From Octopus sinensis (lineage: Eukaryota): DNA of 64,000 nt. Each line of letters begins with the position of its first letter. Within the stretch, counting starts at the first letter, position 1. The stretch spans positions 62,992,001 through 63,056,000 of the forward strand of contig NC_043006.1 in the NCBI RefSeq assembly GCF_006345805.1, read 5' to 3'. The position numbers and the translations under genes were made by a program. Below the pieces are notes generated by a model that saw only the letters and a list, made by a program, of their open reading frames with translations, ran no database searches and had not been told where the DNA came from. Below, piece by piece: positions 1 through 13,910 of this stretch.

Positions 1-108
1 GGAATTTTTCGGATGCAGAGTAGTCATGGCTTTGGTCACAGGTGTATTCGATCAACGTTGACAAAAGATTACAGAATAATAACAGCCACTGCCTATTCGA
101 CATAGTAT

Positions 109-490
109 GGAGGCGCAATGGCCCAGTGGTTAGGGCAGCGGACTCGCGGTCATAGGATCGCGGTTTCGATTCCCAGACCGGGCGTTGTGAGTGTTTATTG
201 AGCGAAAACACCTAAAAAGCTCCACGAGGCTCCGGCAGGGGATGGTGGTGATCCCTGCTGTACTCTTTCACCACAACTTTCTCTCACTCTTACTTCCTGT
301 TTCTGTTGTACCTGTATTTCAAGGGGCCGGCCTTCTCACTCTCTGTGTCACGCTGAATATCCCCGAGAACTACGTTAAGAGTGCACGTGTCTGTGGAGTG
401 CTCAGCCACTTACACGTTAATTTCACGAGCAGGCTGTTCTGTTGATTCTGATCAACCGGAACACTCGTCGTCATAACCGACGGAGTGCTT
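109..490 (+). mobile_element. tRNA-derived SINE, family A (head GGAGGCGCAATGGCCCAGTGG)
   Basis: A-box-like TGGCCCAGTGG (119-129) and B-box-like GGTTTCGATTCC (162-173); the same head recurs at 61083. Confidence 0.8.
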
Positions 491-708
491 CCACACATCC
501 ATTCGACAAAATATGACCGAAAATAAAAATTGAAAGAAATGAAATATTCCAATACCCTTTAAAATATATCTTTCAATTTTCTTTATAAAACTCTGCTAAG
601 GTTATTTAAATGAAGTTCATTTAGACTTTAAGCAAGAAGTTTAGTCACAATTCTGAGCGTACCCTCACATTATTTACTTAATCATAATGCAAAAATAGAA
701 ACATGCCC

Positions 709-714
<6 letters not shown>

Positions 715-755
<41 letters not shown>

Positions 756-1026
756 CAGACAGAGTGACAAAGACAGACACACGGCCACGGTCACATTGGG
801 TAACAAATATTGCAGTGTAACACACTTTTCAAACCTCTCTGAAATAATAGATCCAGAAAAGAAGTTGATCTTATTTCTTGAGTCGTATCGAAGATTAATA
901 GGTCAGCATCTATGGTTTCAGATCTCCAGACATAAAAATTAAAGCAATGACTGAAACATGTAAAAGAGTAAAGAGTAAGAGTATATACGTATACACACAC
1001 ACGCACGCACGTACACACAGACACAG

Positions 1027-1098
<72 letters not shown>

Positions 1099-1100
1099 TA

Positions 1101-1157
<57 letters not shown>

Positions 1158-1185
1158 TATACATGCATACATACATATATATAAA
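715..1185. repeat. Compound microsatellite region: (GA)n, (CA)n, (TA)n
   Basis: Direct reading: (GA)n ~715-750, (CA)n/(TA)n ~990-1185. Many similar tracts occur throughout the window and generate the YIYI/CVCV ORFs. Confidence 0.95.
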
Positions 1186-1194
1186 TAATAAAAT

Positions 1195-1292
1195 AAACGC
1201 GCCCTTTTAAAGCCAGGCCAGGCTCATGGGCCCGGTTTCCCGGTTTCTATGGCGTATGTGTTCCCCAGCTGGACGGGATGCCAGTCCATCAC
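1195..1292 (-). mobile_element. Probable SINE 3' fragment
   Basis: GC-rich block (gccaggctcatgggcccggtttcccgg...ccagctggacgggatgccagtccatc) that I recall as an octopus SINE tail; no second copy in this window. Confidence 0.4.
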
Positions 1293-2346
1293 ATTTGATG
1301 ATGAGAAGGAGCAGGACGACGACGAGGGCACATGCGCAGATTTGTATAAGAACTAATCGGAGACGCCTTTAAGTATTCAAGCGAATACAAGATCTGTGAA
1401 CTCGTTGTTTAGCTCTATGTAGGCTCGCTCCTTGCTGACGACTTGCTTATTTCTCTTGTTTTTTTGTAATTTTGACATATTTCTTATGCACTCACCTTCT
1501 GTGCTATGCCTTGTACTTCGTTGTGTTCTGTCTTAGAATCCTTGAGGCTAATAAGAAAATTATGTATAAAGTCTACATGCGTGTGCATTTCATGTATTCC
1601 GAAACATTGTTTAGTCAATCGTTTCGATCGGATATCACCGTAACGAGTGACAAACTTATTACTATCAGAGATAAACTGAAGATACTTTCCACTTCTGTCA
1701 GGCTCACATAGACTTTTTCAAATTTCACGATGCTGTAGCCCCTCCCCAGAAATCAGCTGATGACAGTGGTGACCGGGGCTTACTGTAAGCATACTCCTAC
1801 AATCCAGAAAGTAACAACTTACAAAAGACGACTTTTTAAAGATGCCATGCTTTTTAAAGACATGTTTCTAGCATGTAGAAGCACGTCTTAGTTTGCAGTT
1901 AATACTTTCTCATAGCTAAGGGAGCGGTTAGACCCAGCATTTACTTATATACTTTTAGTCTGAACACTACGGCTTCTGTGTGGAAAGCTAGGACTAAGAC
2001 CTCATACTTCAAAGTAACTTGTATGATTAGGCATTATACCAAGTGACCTGATTCAAATTTGTACCTATGATGATATATATGATGATATATGTGCGTATGT
2101 ATGTGTCTGTGCATGCATACGTAGGGATACACATGAATTTACATACAAATGACAAATATGATTTTAAATTACATGTGCACACAGATATCTATACGATTAT
2201 ACAGATATGTGTATGTGTGTTTGTGTATGTATACATACACGTACATCTGCATATACACAAATATACAAAGATATGCATATATACATGTGTGTGTATGTGT
2301 ATTTGTGTGTGTGCGTAAATATAATGTAATATAATATTTATATATA

Positions 2347-2399
<53 letters not shown>

Positions 2400-3199
2400 G
2401 GTGAGAGAGAAACAGAGAATTGTGATGGAATTTTTCGTCTCATCTTCACCGATTTCTAAAATGATGGATCATTCAGATAGTAAACTAGACAAGCAGAAAG
2501 AATTGTATGGTTGATTGTCGTGTGTAAAAGACGTATAATAGAATAATTTACTAAGAAGTGAAGCACATATAACTGTCGGCTCCATTTTTATAGTAACTGT
2601 GAAATATTTTGCCAGTTACCTTACAGATGTATGTAAATATATAAGCAAATGAAAATAGTAATTGAAACGTTGATGCATTGTTTCTTTAGTCGATATAATT
2701 TTATTTCCAGTCGAAATTGGGTTGTACTGATTATTCGATTTTTGTAATTGTGTATAATTCATTAGTTCTTTAGTTTTTTGGAAGCAGTCATGGTTAGAAG
2801 CATGCTGGTGATTCATTTGTATATAGTAGGAGTATATATATATATAGAAATAACTCACGTTGCTATTTAGAACTATGCTAGCTCTGATCATTGAATTTCA
2901 TGTATTTATGATATATTTCAATGAGAATTGGCTGCTATTTTTAGCAGACTAACAACATAGAGAAGCTTTCGTTTGTTCAGATAATTGTTTTCAAATCATG
3001 AATGTTTCATGATATTTTCATAGGTGTAATGTGGCCAAATGATCAACGAATTCCCTTTGCAACCACGAGGTCCTAAGGTTCCATCCTCCTACAAATGTTA
3101 TTTTCTTTTGCCTCGTATCGACCCGTATCTTATGACTGAAATTGGATAGAAGGTGAAATTGGATAGAAGTGCGTCGGGTGGATTGTATTTGCAATTCAA

Positions 3200-3360
3200 A
3201 GCATAATTTTGCTACACACTATGACAGTGATTCAACCAGAAAATTACATTAAGGGTACATGTGTCTGTGAATTACTCAGCCATTTGCATGCTAATTAATG
3301 AGCAGGTAATTAATCTGACGAACAGCTGAATCCTCATCGTCGAATAACAGAGATCCACTA
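3200..3360 (+). mobile_element. Diverged 3' part of SINE family A
   Basis: ttaagggtacatgtgtctgtgaattactcagccatttgcatgctaatt aligns with 376-422 (ttaagagtgcacgtgtctgtggagtgctcagccacttacacgttaatt). Confidence 0.55.
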
Positions 3361-3479
3361 CCGTAAACATTCAACAATGTCAACAGTTTTGAGGCCTCCC
3401 ACTTTCTGCTGATTTCGCAGGTAAAAAAAAATAAACGAATAAAAAATAGCGCCGCTTGAATTATTATTCCAAAATATAT

Positions 3480-3900
3480 AGGTGCAGGCGTGGCTGTCTA
3501 GTATGAAGCCTGCTTCCCAACCACATAGTTCTCAGTTCAATCCAACTGCGTTGCACAATGGACAGATGACTTTAATGGACAGATTAATTACCTGCTCACT
3601 AAAGCCTTGTGAGTGAATTTGGTAGACAGAATCTGAAAGTCCGTCACATGTGTGTACGGCGGGTGCGTGTATTTGTGTGTGTTTTACTTTGTGCCAGTGT
3701 TTGTCCACCACCAGGCTTGGCAAACGGTGTTGATGTGTTTACGTCCAGTAAATTAGTAGTTCGACAAAACAGATCCATAAAATAAGCACCAGGCTTCAAA
3801 CAAAAAAATAAGTACTGGGGTTGATTAATTCAACTAAAAATTCTTCAACGAGTTGCCCCAGCACGACCGTAGTCCAGTGACTCAAACAAGTAAAAGAAAT
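3480..3900 (+). mobile_element. SINE family B, diverged copy
   Basis: Head ggtgcaggcgtggctgt, internal aaagccttgtgagtgaatttggtagac and tail gactcaaacaagtaaaaga, all shared with the copies at 25008, 57656 and 58564. Confidence 0.7.
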
Positions 3901-4575
3901 ATGTATAAAACATACGTCAATTATTTCTCAAATTACCTGAAACAACATATTTGAAAAACAGGTATTATTGTTTGTGAAACAAAAAAAGAAACAGTTTAAA
4001 AACCTGAAAATAGTGTAAACCCAATGTGCACAAGATGTCTGATAGGAATCACAACTACAATGGTTGTCTTGTGACAGCCTTTTAGCTAAAACCTTATTTC
4101 TAATGTATGTTTAATGTATGGTAAATTCCAAGAAGCTGAAGATAATCGCCTTACAAGGTATAGCCTTTGCAAGCGAAATTGTATATTAGTGCAAATGTAT
4201 ATATATATATGTGTGTGTGTGTGTGGATACGGTAAGTATTTATAAATATTTGTAACAGCTTATATGTTTATACATTAGGTAAAGTATGAATGCTATCCAT
4301 GTACAATATTTGAAACATTAGTTTCTTATTTATTATTTAAAGTTGAGAGATCCGAATATTCGTTTCGACCTGGATAGTATTTTGAAACGTATACGTAAGG
4401 TGTTCAAATTTTGACGAAAATTAATTTACATTTATTTCTTCCGTACTTAATAAAATAAAGTAATAATCGAGTTCTGCTTCGATATGATTCACAATAAAAT
4501 ATACATAGTTTCCGCCAACGGCAAAAATCAATACCTAAGTACGTGTCTGTTGTCTTAGTGACACACACACATACA

Positions 4576-4643
<68 letters not shown>

Positions 4644-5069
4644 TATGTGTGTGTGTATGTGATATCTTCCAACAGAAAAGTAAATTGATAGAACATTTAC
4701 TTGAGATTAGTTTCACCAACAATCAAGTAAGTCTTATTCATCGACTTTATTTTGAAGAGAACATTTGACCTTGTCGAAACTAATCTAATATGATATTAGT
4801 GATAGACTCCGTGTGAAGAGACATTCGAATATAGTCAGAGAGAAAAGTACAAAAATCTACCACAATCGTAAATGTTTTAAGTACATAAACGTGATTTGAA
4901 TGAAAATCCGATTCTTGCTAACAGATTTTTCTCTTAATTTCACTTTAACCACTCGCTCTGGTGGAAACGGCAATGACCGTAACTTTGCAGACCCTCCGAG
5001 ACTGATAGGGGTAACGTTCCCGACAAAGCAGAAACGTCATGAGCCAGATGGGAAAAGAACACGGTGTTC

Positions 5070-5350
5070 TTTGACTGAAGCAAGCTTGGTGTGGTGGATG
5101 CAACATGGCTAGTGAGGAGTTTGTAGAAGAGCGAGCTGAGGATGCCTTACTTTTCAGTGCTGTCTCGTCTCATGAGCATGAGACGAGACAGCACTGAAAA
5201 GTAAATGTAGAGAAAGCATACTGAACTCTGTGGAACAGGAATTGATGGGCGACCGTACTGGACTGCAAGGCAATCGGACAAATGGCATTTTTAGATGTGA
5301 TCTTGGGTACATATGTAACTAGAAACGATCCATCTTTACCTTTTGTACTC
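5070..5350 (+). mobile_element. Possible Penelope-like RT remnant
   Basis: Degenerate motifs in the expected order: GVVDATW (cf. RYVDDTW), ILNSVE (cf. HLNS), AFLDVIL (cf. LPFLDV). Confidence 0.3.
5147..5204. repeat. Perfect 28-bp inverted repeat with 2-nt spacer
   Basis: ttacttttcagtgctgtctcgtctcatg-ag-catgagacgagacagcactgaaaagtaa. Confidence 0.95.
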
Positions 5351-6134
5351 GACAAAGAAATCTAAATTTAAAAAGTTAATCGTCAGCTGAAAGTAAAAAT
5401 TTTTGGCAACAGTCACCATTAATAACGCCACCACGAACATTACCGCCATTGAGATTAATCTTTCGAATGATGTTATTTTTGCTAGGCTCCTGTTCAATTC
5501 TGATTGAGCATGGCTACAATCAAAAGCATTTTACTTCTTTCAACCCAATTTTCCCCAGGCATACAATACCAAGGACCACTGAAATATTCGATTTTAAAAT
5601 AGTGCGATGATATTAGAAGGATATTTGGCTGCTATTTCCAGTAGGTAGAAAGATTTTATTTTGACTCAGAAATTAATCAAGACTTTTATAAATACCTAAA
5701 ACAAATGAAACAGTTTCACATACTTCCAAATGTTCAGGGAGTACAACAAAGTAATTTGTTTTTATAATTTACCACGAAGCATAACACATACAAAGTAGAT
5801 TTCGATTAGATAGAAAACGATTTTCCCAGGAACATTGAAGTTATATACTATGCAGTCAGATGAAAAGGTAAAAATGTTCTTTTTTCTCAACTTCCATACG
5901 TAGATTTCTATAATTGATTCTCGCTACTCGATCATAATAAACTTATTAGTTCTAGCTTCAATTTAATTTCATATTTACGAGAGAATTTATAGTAAAAACC
6001 TTTTGAAAAAGAGAATCATTAAGGGAAAAACTTTTTCCGCAAACGATATAACTTGACTTCTTATGACATACCTATAATTACCTCAAAACTCTAACTGAAA
6101 TATGTATGTAATTTATGAGAGCTTTGTATGTATG

Positions 6135-6194
<60 letters not shown>

Positions 6195-6195
<1 letters not shown>

Positions 6196-6445
6196 TTGTG
6201 TCTGGGGAGAGCCATTCTGTTTTAATACATTAACATACTCACCGGTTCGATTTCCACTTATTTATTAATTTATTCTTTCTAAAAGTTTCGTTGCTTCTTG
6301 CAACCTCTTCAAGAGTCGACTATTGAAGAGGTTGCTATAAGCAACGAAACTTTTAGAAAAAATAAATAAGCAAATGAGTGGAAATCGAACCGGTGAGTGT
6401 GTTAATTAATAAGACATTAAAACAGAATGACTCTGCCCAAACAAT
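6195..6445. repeat. Diverged fold-back palindrome (~125-bp arms) with a degenerate hammerhead-like core
   Basis: Centre gagtc|gacta at 6317/6318; arms complementary with several mismatches; right arm TTGAAGA-G-GTTGC-tataa-GCAAC-GAAAC (6323-6350). Confidence 0.8.
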
Positions 6446-6565
6446 TATGCTTCAACATACGAATTCGCATAAAGAATCTTGTAAACGAAATACAAAACCG
6501 AAATATATTTATATACATGTGTGTGTGTATGTATGTGTAGATATATATATATATATATACGCACG

Positions 6566-6605
<40 letters not shown>

Positions 6606-7084
6606 GATACATATATTCATACTTCAATGCATTTTTAATACAGTTCGTTACTAAACAAAATCTCATAAAAAATATCGTTATCCTACTTACATTTACGTCT
6701 AATAAAAAATTATGCCCATCTCACTCATAATATTGCCATTCCTTTCATGCAAATAGAACGAAAGAATTGTATTGTTTGTTAATATATAACTTACAGTGTT
6801 ATATGACCAAATATTATTACACACAAAATGAAGTGAAGTGAAGCAAGAATCGAGCAATATGTAAATATTTAAGAGCAATGACATCTCAGTATTACTTATG
6901 TTGAACAGAAAAATATATTTATATTCACAGTTGCTAAAGCAATGACATTAATTCTTAGTAATACGCTGACAAATCAATGCAACAGTTGAAAAAGTAAACA
7001 TTAGAGCTTAAGATAAAATATAACAAAGCTATAGTTAACAGAACGTGCATTTAATATTAACAAACAATGATGAATATTAACTGA

Positions 7085-7245
7085 ACAGCGATTCCAGGAA
7101 GTGGGTAAGTTGATTACACTGGCACCAATGCTCAACTGAGGATGAAAGGCAAAGTTGATCTCGGCAGATTTTGAACTCAGAACGTAAAGACGAACGAAAT
7201 GTTGCTAAGCATTTTGCCCATTATGACATAAGCTATATTAATAAT
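7085..7245 (-). mobile_element. SINE family C fragment, diverged
   Basis: gatgaaaggcaaagttgatctcggcagattttgaactcagaacgtaaag matches the copies at 17640, 29052 and 41640. Confidence 0.65.
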
Positions 7246-7523
7246 AATAATAGCGAGCATTTGCAACAGGCTTAAAAGAACAGAAGAAGCAGGAAGAAAA
7301 TAAAGTATTAAGAAAGCAATGAAAATGTTTGGATAGGTTATATCACACTCACACACAAATAGCAAATGAAGTTGTCGAGATATTCCAACATGTAAAGTGA
7401 GCCAAGTAGAAATTCAAATGTGTTAAAGGAAGTCCATAATAAAAAAAATATATTTTCAAATAATATGTTCGTATACACATGTATAAATATTTTGTATATC
7501 TATATATATATATACAAACACAC

Positions 7524-7620
<97 letters not shown>

Positions 7621-7659
7621 ATATGGGTGTGTATATGTATGTGTGTGTGTGTATAATGT

Positions 7660-7930
7660 CTAGCCACCTAACTCCCCAGACTGCAATCCCCTTGATTATT
7701 ACCTGTGGTGTACAGCTTAAGCAAAAAGACCTTCAAGAAGAGTTGCAGAAGATTTCGAAGTCGTCTGGAGGGCGTGGGTGAAGCCAATGGTGGGTTTATT
7801 GAATAAAATTTCTCCTTGGCATTTCAAGATATTTTTATGTAATTTTGGTAAATATATCTCTTAAAATTAGATGTTAGTGTTATTTTCATTTTTGCCTAAT
7901 TTAGACGACAGTTTGTTCACCGCCCCTTGT
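7660..7930 (+). mobile_element. Tc1/mariner (DDxD, maT/rosa-like) transposase C-terminal fragment
   Basis: Translates as PPNSPDCNPLDY...SCRRFRSRLEGVGEANGGFIE*, with a possible TIR remnant ending near 7930. Confidence 0.65.
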
Positions 7931-8253
7931 GTGAGTGTGTGTGTGTGTGTGTGTAGATATATATGTATAATTTTTGTTCTTTTATTGGTTTTAGTCGTAG
8001 GACTGCAATTTTGGTGGGGCACTGATTAGCAGCTGATCTTCCCTAAGTCAAACCTTGAATGCACGCCTTGTTCGTTACCGTCGTTAGGATTTTATGCAAT
8101 GGCTTTCGTTTTGATATTTCAGTAAATTTCCCTTTTATATTTATGTTTTCTTTAGGTAAGCAATTGAGGATCACTAAATATTAGACTCGTTGAATATTGT
8201 GTTTTTACTTGGAATTTCGGAAGTGGTATATTTGGACGCTGTGTGCGTGCGCT

Positions 8254-8315
<62 letters not shown>

Positions 8316-9854
8316 TGTGTGTGTCCTACAGCTCTCGGTCCCAGTTTATAGGGCAGGTAGTCTTATCAGCGAACATGAATGAGCCAGCAACGACATGCTG
8401 AAATCCCATAACCTGACTTATCAAATGACTTCTAAAATACTAAATATTACTTAACATTTGCAATAATGACTAATTAAATTCAAAATTTAAGACTCTGTAA
8501 TACATTAATAAATAAATCATCCTTTATGTTGGTTGACTAGGAGACCCTTGACATTTTTCTATTTTATTAAATATATATTCTGGCCACATACGGTTATTGA
8601 ACTTTATGTCGAAACTAATGATGTACTGCAATGAAACACTAGTTGGCCAATTTGTATCAACAACGCATTTAGGAAGAAAAAATGTATATTCTAATGTTAC
8701 TAAATTTATAGTTAGATGGACTAAATCCTAAAAATATGTACCGAAGTAATTGATCAGTGCAGCATGTTGCCACCGATGAAATAGAAACCCGAATCTTAAC
8801 AAATCAACCACATGCCGTATTCATACTTTACAAAAATCTTCAGCTAAACTTAGAAAACTTTCATGTTATTGATGTCTCAAGTTGTTTCGATCAAAAGATG
8901 CTGCAATTTTATTTTTGGAAACCATATTCCTTATAGATATTGTTCCGTTTATCAGGTCACAAGCACTTAATCATGCCTTATATATCATAATGAGCTATAT
9001 TTATCTGTCCATTTTTAGAATATTTCCTAACTACAGCTACTGAGCTTTGTAGCCTATTTGATTGTGCAGTAGTTTCTCTTTTTACAATATATTACTTACT
9101 ATTTGGAAAAAAATAATACAATGATATTGTAGTATTTCTGATCTGTAGTGTGTTCTTAGTAAAGTTAGCTAAGATTCAACAGTTATCTATGTGTGTGTTT
9201 CAGTATATATAATATATACGAACATATTATGCGTACGTCTATTCCCCGACGCACACATACAAATAGGTGAATATATACATATTGACATAAATATTTATAC
9301 ACACATACTCTCACACACAAACATACATATATATATATATATACTGGAATTTTCTATTACTCAAAATACAGTTCATATTAAAGTATTAAAGGTACAACTT
9401 TTCTTAATGACAGGCAGTTTTCTCTCTGTAAGATAAAGAACGTGAAGTATGTTTATGTATATACATTTATATTATTATATGGACAAAGGAAGCTATTCAG
9501 TTAAAATCACACAGAGATATGATATAATTCATGTACCTCTGTGCGTGAAGTTTTGTGTATATATTCTGGGGTATATACATAATGAGTTGGATGTCTGTGT
9601 ATGAAGTGGTGGCATACAGGGAAATATTTTATATTTATACACACAATATTTGGTTGGTTGTTTTGTATTTGTGATTGCATGTTTAGGTAATGTACTGACT
9701 TACACATTTAGAATAAAATACGAAAGCCCAATCTTTTCATGTTTGGGCTTCACTCCGTCGACACAACAGAATATTTCTGTCGATGCGATGCTTCAGACGA
9801 CAAATATAGGTGTATGTATGCGTCTCTTTGTGTGTGTGTGTGTGTGTGTGTGTG

Positions 9855-9893
<39 letters not shown>

Positions 9894-10817
9894 CGCGTAT
9901 GTGTAGGCAAATAGATAAACAGATCTATACAGACAGACGAAGAGAGACACTCAAATAGAATGAGAGACAGTCAGAGGGATACATATTAAATCTAAAAGCC
10001 CCTATACCTATTAATGTACAAATGCATATTTCCATTTCCAATTTCCTCCCATTACAATAGCTATGGAAAACTTAAATTTTTACCTGAAATATTTTATATA
10101 ACATAATGTAAAATCTTGTAAAATCTTATAAAACTTGTCAGTAAATAGGGAAGAGATAAATGAAATCTTAAAACTAAAGAGTTGCTAGGGAAGTTTCATC
10201 GAAATACATGTGTGTGCGTGAGTGTCTTTACATGTGTGTGTAAGTATATATAGGTATACGTGCAGATATGTGTGGACGTATATATATATATATGCATATA
10301 TATGTATGTATATGTAATGTATGTATAATAGTGTACAAACAATTTACGTGTGTATACACGAAAAAGGTGACCTTTAACAGGGCCCTTTACATGCTAGAAA
10401 GGGCATATAAAGCCCAAACCACGAATAAGAGCAATTTCAAAGGGAATGAAAATAAAAAATATGTTTGTAGTTACCCTGAGTCTCGAGTTTCTGTATCAAT
10501 GCACAAAATAAAATATTTTGCCATCCGTACTTCCTCAGTGAGGGCACTAAAATTAATGCTTATTTATGCAGCAAATAGTACCGAAAATACACGGGCTACA
10601 TACATATACTATTTTCAAATCCACCGCGCAGACATAGTTACATCCGGCAGTAAATAATAATTAGAAAATAACAACTGCGTCCCAGCAAGTCTTCGAAACT
10701 ACGAAAATTTTACTGTGAAAATAATAAGGGTAGAAAATTAAGAAAAATGTTCATACCGGTGGCTAGCATGCGTAATAAATTCAATAAAGTCAACAATAGT
10801 CGACATATTTTCATATA

Positions 10818-10983
10818 GGTATAAATATACCATAAACAAGTATTAAAAAATGGAGGAAAAAAAGATGTTCAATCAAAATTAGATTTAATACAAAATTGGA
10901 TTCAATTTTGTATTAAATCTAATTTTGATTCAACATCATTTTTTCCTCCATTTTTTAATACTTGTTTATGGTATATTTATACC
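10818..10983. repeat. Near-perfect fold-back palindrome (~81-bp arms)
   Basis: Centre caaaattg-gatt-caattttg (10891-10910); arms complementary with about 2 differences. Confidence 0.9.
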
Positions 10984-11169
10984 AATAACGAAAGTTTTCA
11001 ACTAGTATTTTCGTATATTATTACTTACTCTGACTGACTTTTATGAATATGATGAATCTTTATTAGAAATCATTTTTACTCACACACACACACACACACA
11101 TATGCAAACTGATATGTATGTATATATAAACATGCATAAGTATATTATATAGGTATACTCACATGCATA

Positions 11170-11287
11170 CGTACAATCATACGTGCATGCATACATACAT
11201 ACATACATACATACATACATACATACATACATGCATGCATACATACATACATACATACATACATACATACATACATACATACATACA

Positions 11288-11318
<31 letters not shown>
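11170..11318. repeat. (TACA)n microsatellite
   Basis: Direct reading; abuts the 5' end of the LINE at 11330. Confidence 0.95.
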
Positions 11319-11319
<1 letters not shown>

Positions 11320-11329
11320 AGTTTACATA

Positions 11330-12478
11330 CATGAGGTTGATAACATCATAAGACTTGGAAGGCAGTTCCTTGTGCAGCATTCCTTGTTCGATAACCTTAA
11401 AGGCATGGCCAAACACGTCACACGACTCTACCGCAAAGTATCATCGGAGGAAAGGATGAGCGTATATCAGCAGAAGATCATGCATGGTTATATTAGTAGA
11501 AAGTTCAGAGGTGATAGTAACATTGAGCACCAAAGCAGTCTATTATGGAGCAACAACAGGTTTACTACCTCTCGCTCTGAAGTGTATGCGTTTGCAATGC
11601 AGGAACTATATATATATATCAATCAAATACCTGACACACAAAAAGGACAGATATGCGGGAAAGGGAATAAAATGTTACAACCGATGCAGACTTTGTGGAG
11701 TTAACACCGAAGATATCAACTACAGCATAAGCAGTTGTCTGAAAATGTCATCACAGTATTACTTACCACTGAGACATGATATTGTAGTTAGGACACTGTA
11801 TAACGAGATCCAAAGGATAACCCCGAGGACAAACTAATAAGAACTCACAGTATGGTGGAAGCCATAGCCACTCATGTTAAAAAGGAATACTGGTGGAATG
11901 TCCCAGTGAGGAACGCAATAAAATGTAAACACAATAGGCCTGATAAAATGACTTGGGATAGAGAAGAAAAACTATGTACAGTTGTGGAAATCAGCTGCCC
12001 AGCGGATGTCAAGATAAAGCTGAAGATCAGTGAAAAAGGGAATACCTACGCTGAACTATTGAGAAATCTGCCATTACTCTATTCAGGCCAGACGTTAAGT
12101 TTAATACCTGTAATTATTGGGGCACTGGTATATGTAACGCACTGCCTAAATATTAGTCGTGAAAGACTAGCTTCTCAAAACCAAAAAGGAGAAAGCGGCT
12201 TCGAAGACTACAGATCCAATCTATCACAGGAACTGTAAAAATCTGTAAAACTTTCCAGGAGTTTATCATTTACGTATATATGAGCATGTCTAGCTTCGCG
12301 AGTATATGCATGAGAAGACATATCGGGAACAAGACATACAGATCTACATGTGTACATACATACATACAAAAATTCCTTGTTGTTGATGTTGAAATTCCAA
12401 TCAAGACGCCTTGGATCTAGGTTAGAAACCAATTATTTCTTTATTGGCAAGAAATCGCGAAATGAAGCTGAATAATGG
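11330..12478 (+). mobile_element. 5'-truncated R4/Dong-clade non-LTR retrotransposon (CCHC knuckle, restriction-like endonuclease, 3' UTR); frameshifted
   Basis: RCRLCGVNTEDINYSISSC (CCHC remnant); YWWNVPVRNAIKCKHNRPD...VVEISCP...IPVIIGAL (RLE PD..D/E motif); 3' UTR ends in tacatacatac; homologous to 38464-40515. Confidence 0.85.
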
Positions 12479-13543
12479 CATACATACATACATACATACA
12501 TGCGAATCCATCTTCAATAAATTTAAAGGAAGTGTTTACGCTCCGACGTTTTAGCGGTATTCCCAAAGACTACTGTATCTAACGTGGAGGCTAAAACTGT
12601 CGTGTGTACAGGATGCCATTAGTTTGATATACTTCCATATAACATTCTGTGATAGATAGGAATAAAATGATGACAAGGACTCAATCAAATATACAAAGAC
12701 CTTAAGTTATAATGCTTTGGGGCCATGAATCAAATATCGGAAGAAACAGAAAAATAAACTGAATATATATTTATTGGTTTATTGGTTTCGTTTTTCTTGG
12801 AATGTAAAGAAATAACAGTAACGCCTTCAAAGGATTTTCAAACGATGTTTGCTATTTATTTCATTTACGTTGTAATATACAAATCAAACACAAACACACA
12901 TATACATACACACACATACACACATACACACACACGTATAAACATATATATAACCATAGAAAGATACATAAACACCCCCACAAATACACACACACACATG
13001 CAAACACACACATATGAATGTACTTAAAATGATGTTCGTTATGGCCGGATAGTGAGTGACCATCAGTTTCGTATCTAGAAATCGGTATTGGCCGGGTGCA
13101 CATGACCTTTCCACAACTGGAGGTCAAATAAAGCCATTGTCAGGATTGTAAACAAAACGAATTTCTACTATACAATAATGCTTCTGAACGATATGGAGTT
13201 TACCCCCATCCCCACCCCTTAGATCAGTGTCAATTGGGTCTAAAGAGGTCCAACATATGGACGATTATTTCTCTTTAGTGGACAAACGAGGAATTCTATG
13301 TTTGCAACACGAATTTCCTCTATTGAGTGCATCGATTAAATATTTGGTGTTGGAGTTTAAGAAAATCCCTGGGTGTGGCGCGTCTTCAGGATTCTTGTTC
13401 TTTCGGCCAAATGTATCCCTTTCACAGGAACAATTGTAATACCCTTTTGACTTTTCCTTTCATCACGTTACTTATTATCTTCAAATACATGTGTGTGTTT
13501 GTATACATACACACATACATACATACATACATACATACATACA

Positions 13544-13623
<80 letters not shown>

Positions 13624-13685
13624 ATATATATTTAGTGTAGGAAGAAATGGAGCTGAACGAAGACTTAACAAAATTCCTTTTTATT

Positions 13686-13771
13686 ATTTTCTACATATGT
13701 TTCAAAGGCTGCAAAGTCCCTAATTCGGATTGAATAAGGAGTCCATTTTGCAGCCTTCTCTTCAGGAAAAT
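13686..13771 (-). ncRNA. Type I hammerhead ribozyme motif (mirror copy)
   Basis: Exact reverse complement of 13911-13996 within the palindrome. Confidence 0.85.
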
Positions 13772-13910
13772 CCAAGAACTTAATTCTCCAACAAAATGCA
13801 CAGCAAGCTTTTCGACAAACGCTCACGAGGAGCCCATGGAATAAATGGGCTCCTCGTGAGCGTTTGTCGAAAAGCTTGCTGTGCATTTTGTTGGAGAATT
13901 AAGTTCTTGG

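Noticed and set aside
109-180. tRNA gene
   Set aside because: It has A/B boxes but no complete cloverleaf, and it continues into a repeated SINE body.
1293-1730. Possible solo LTR (TG...CA)
   Set aside because: No target-site duplication, no second copy, and no PBS or PPT seen.
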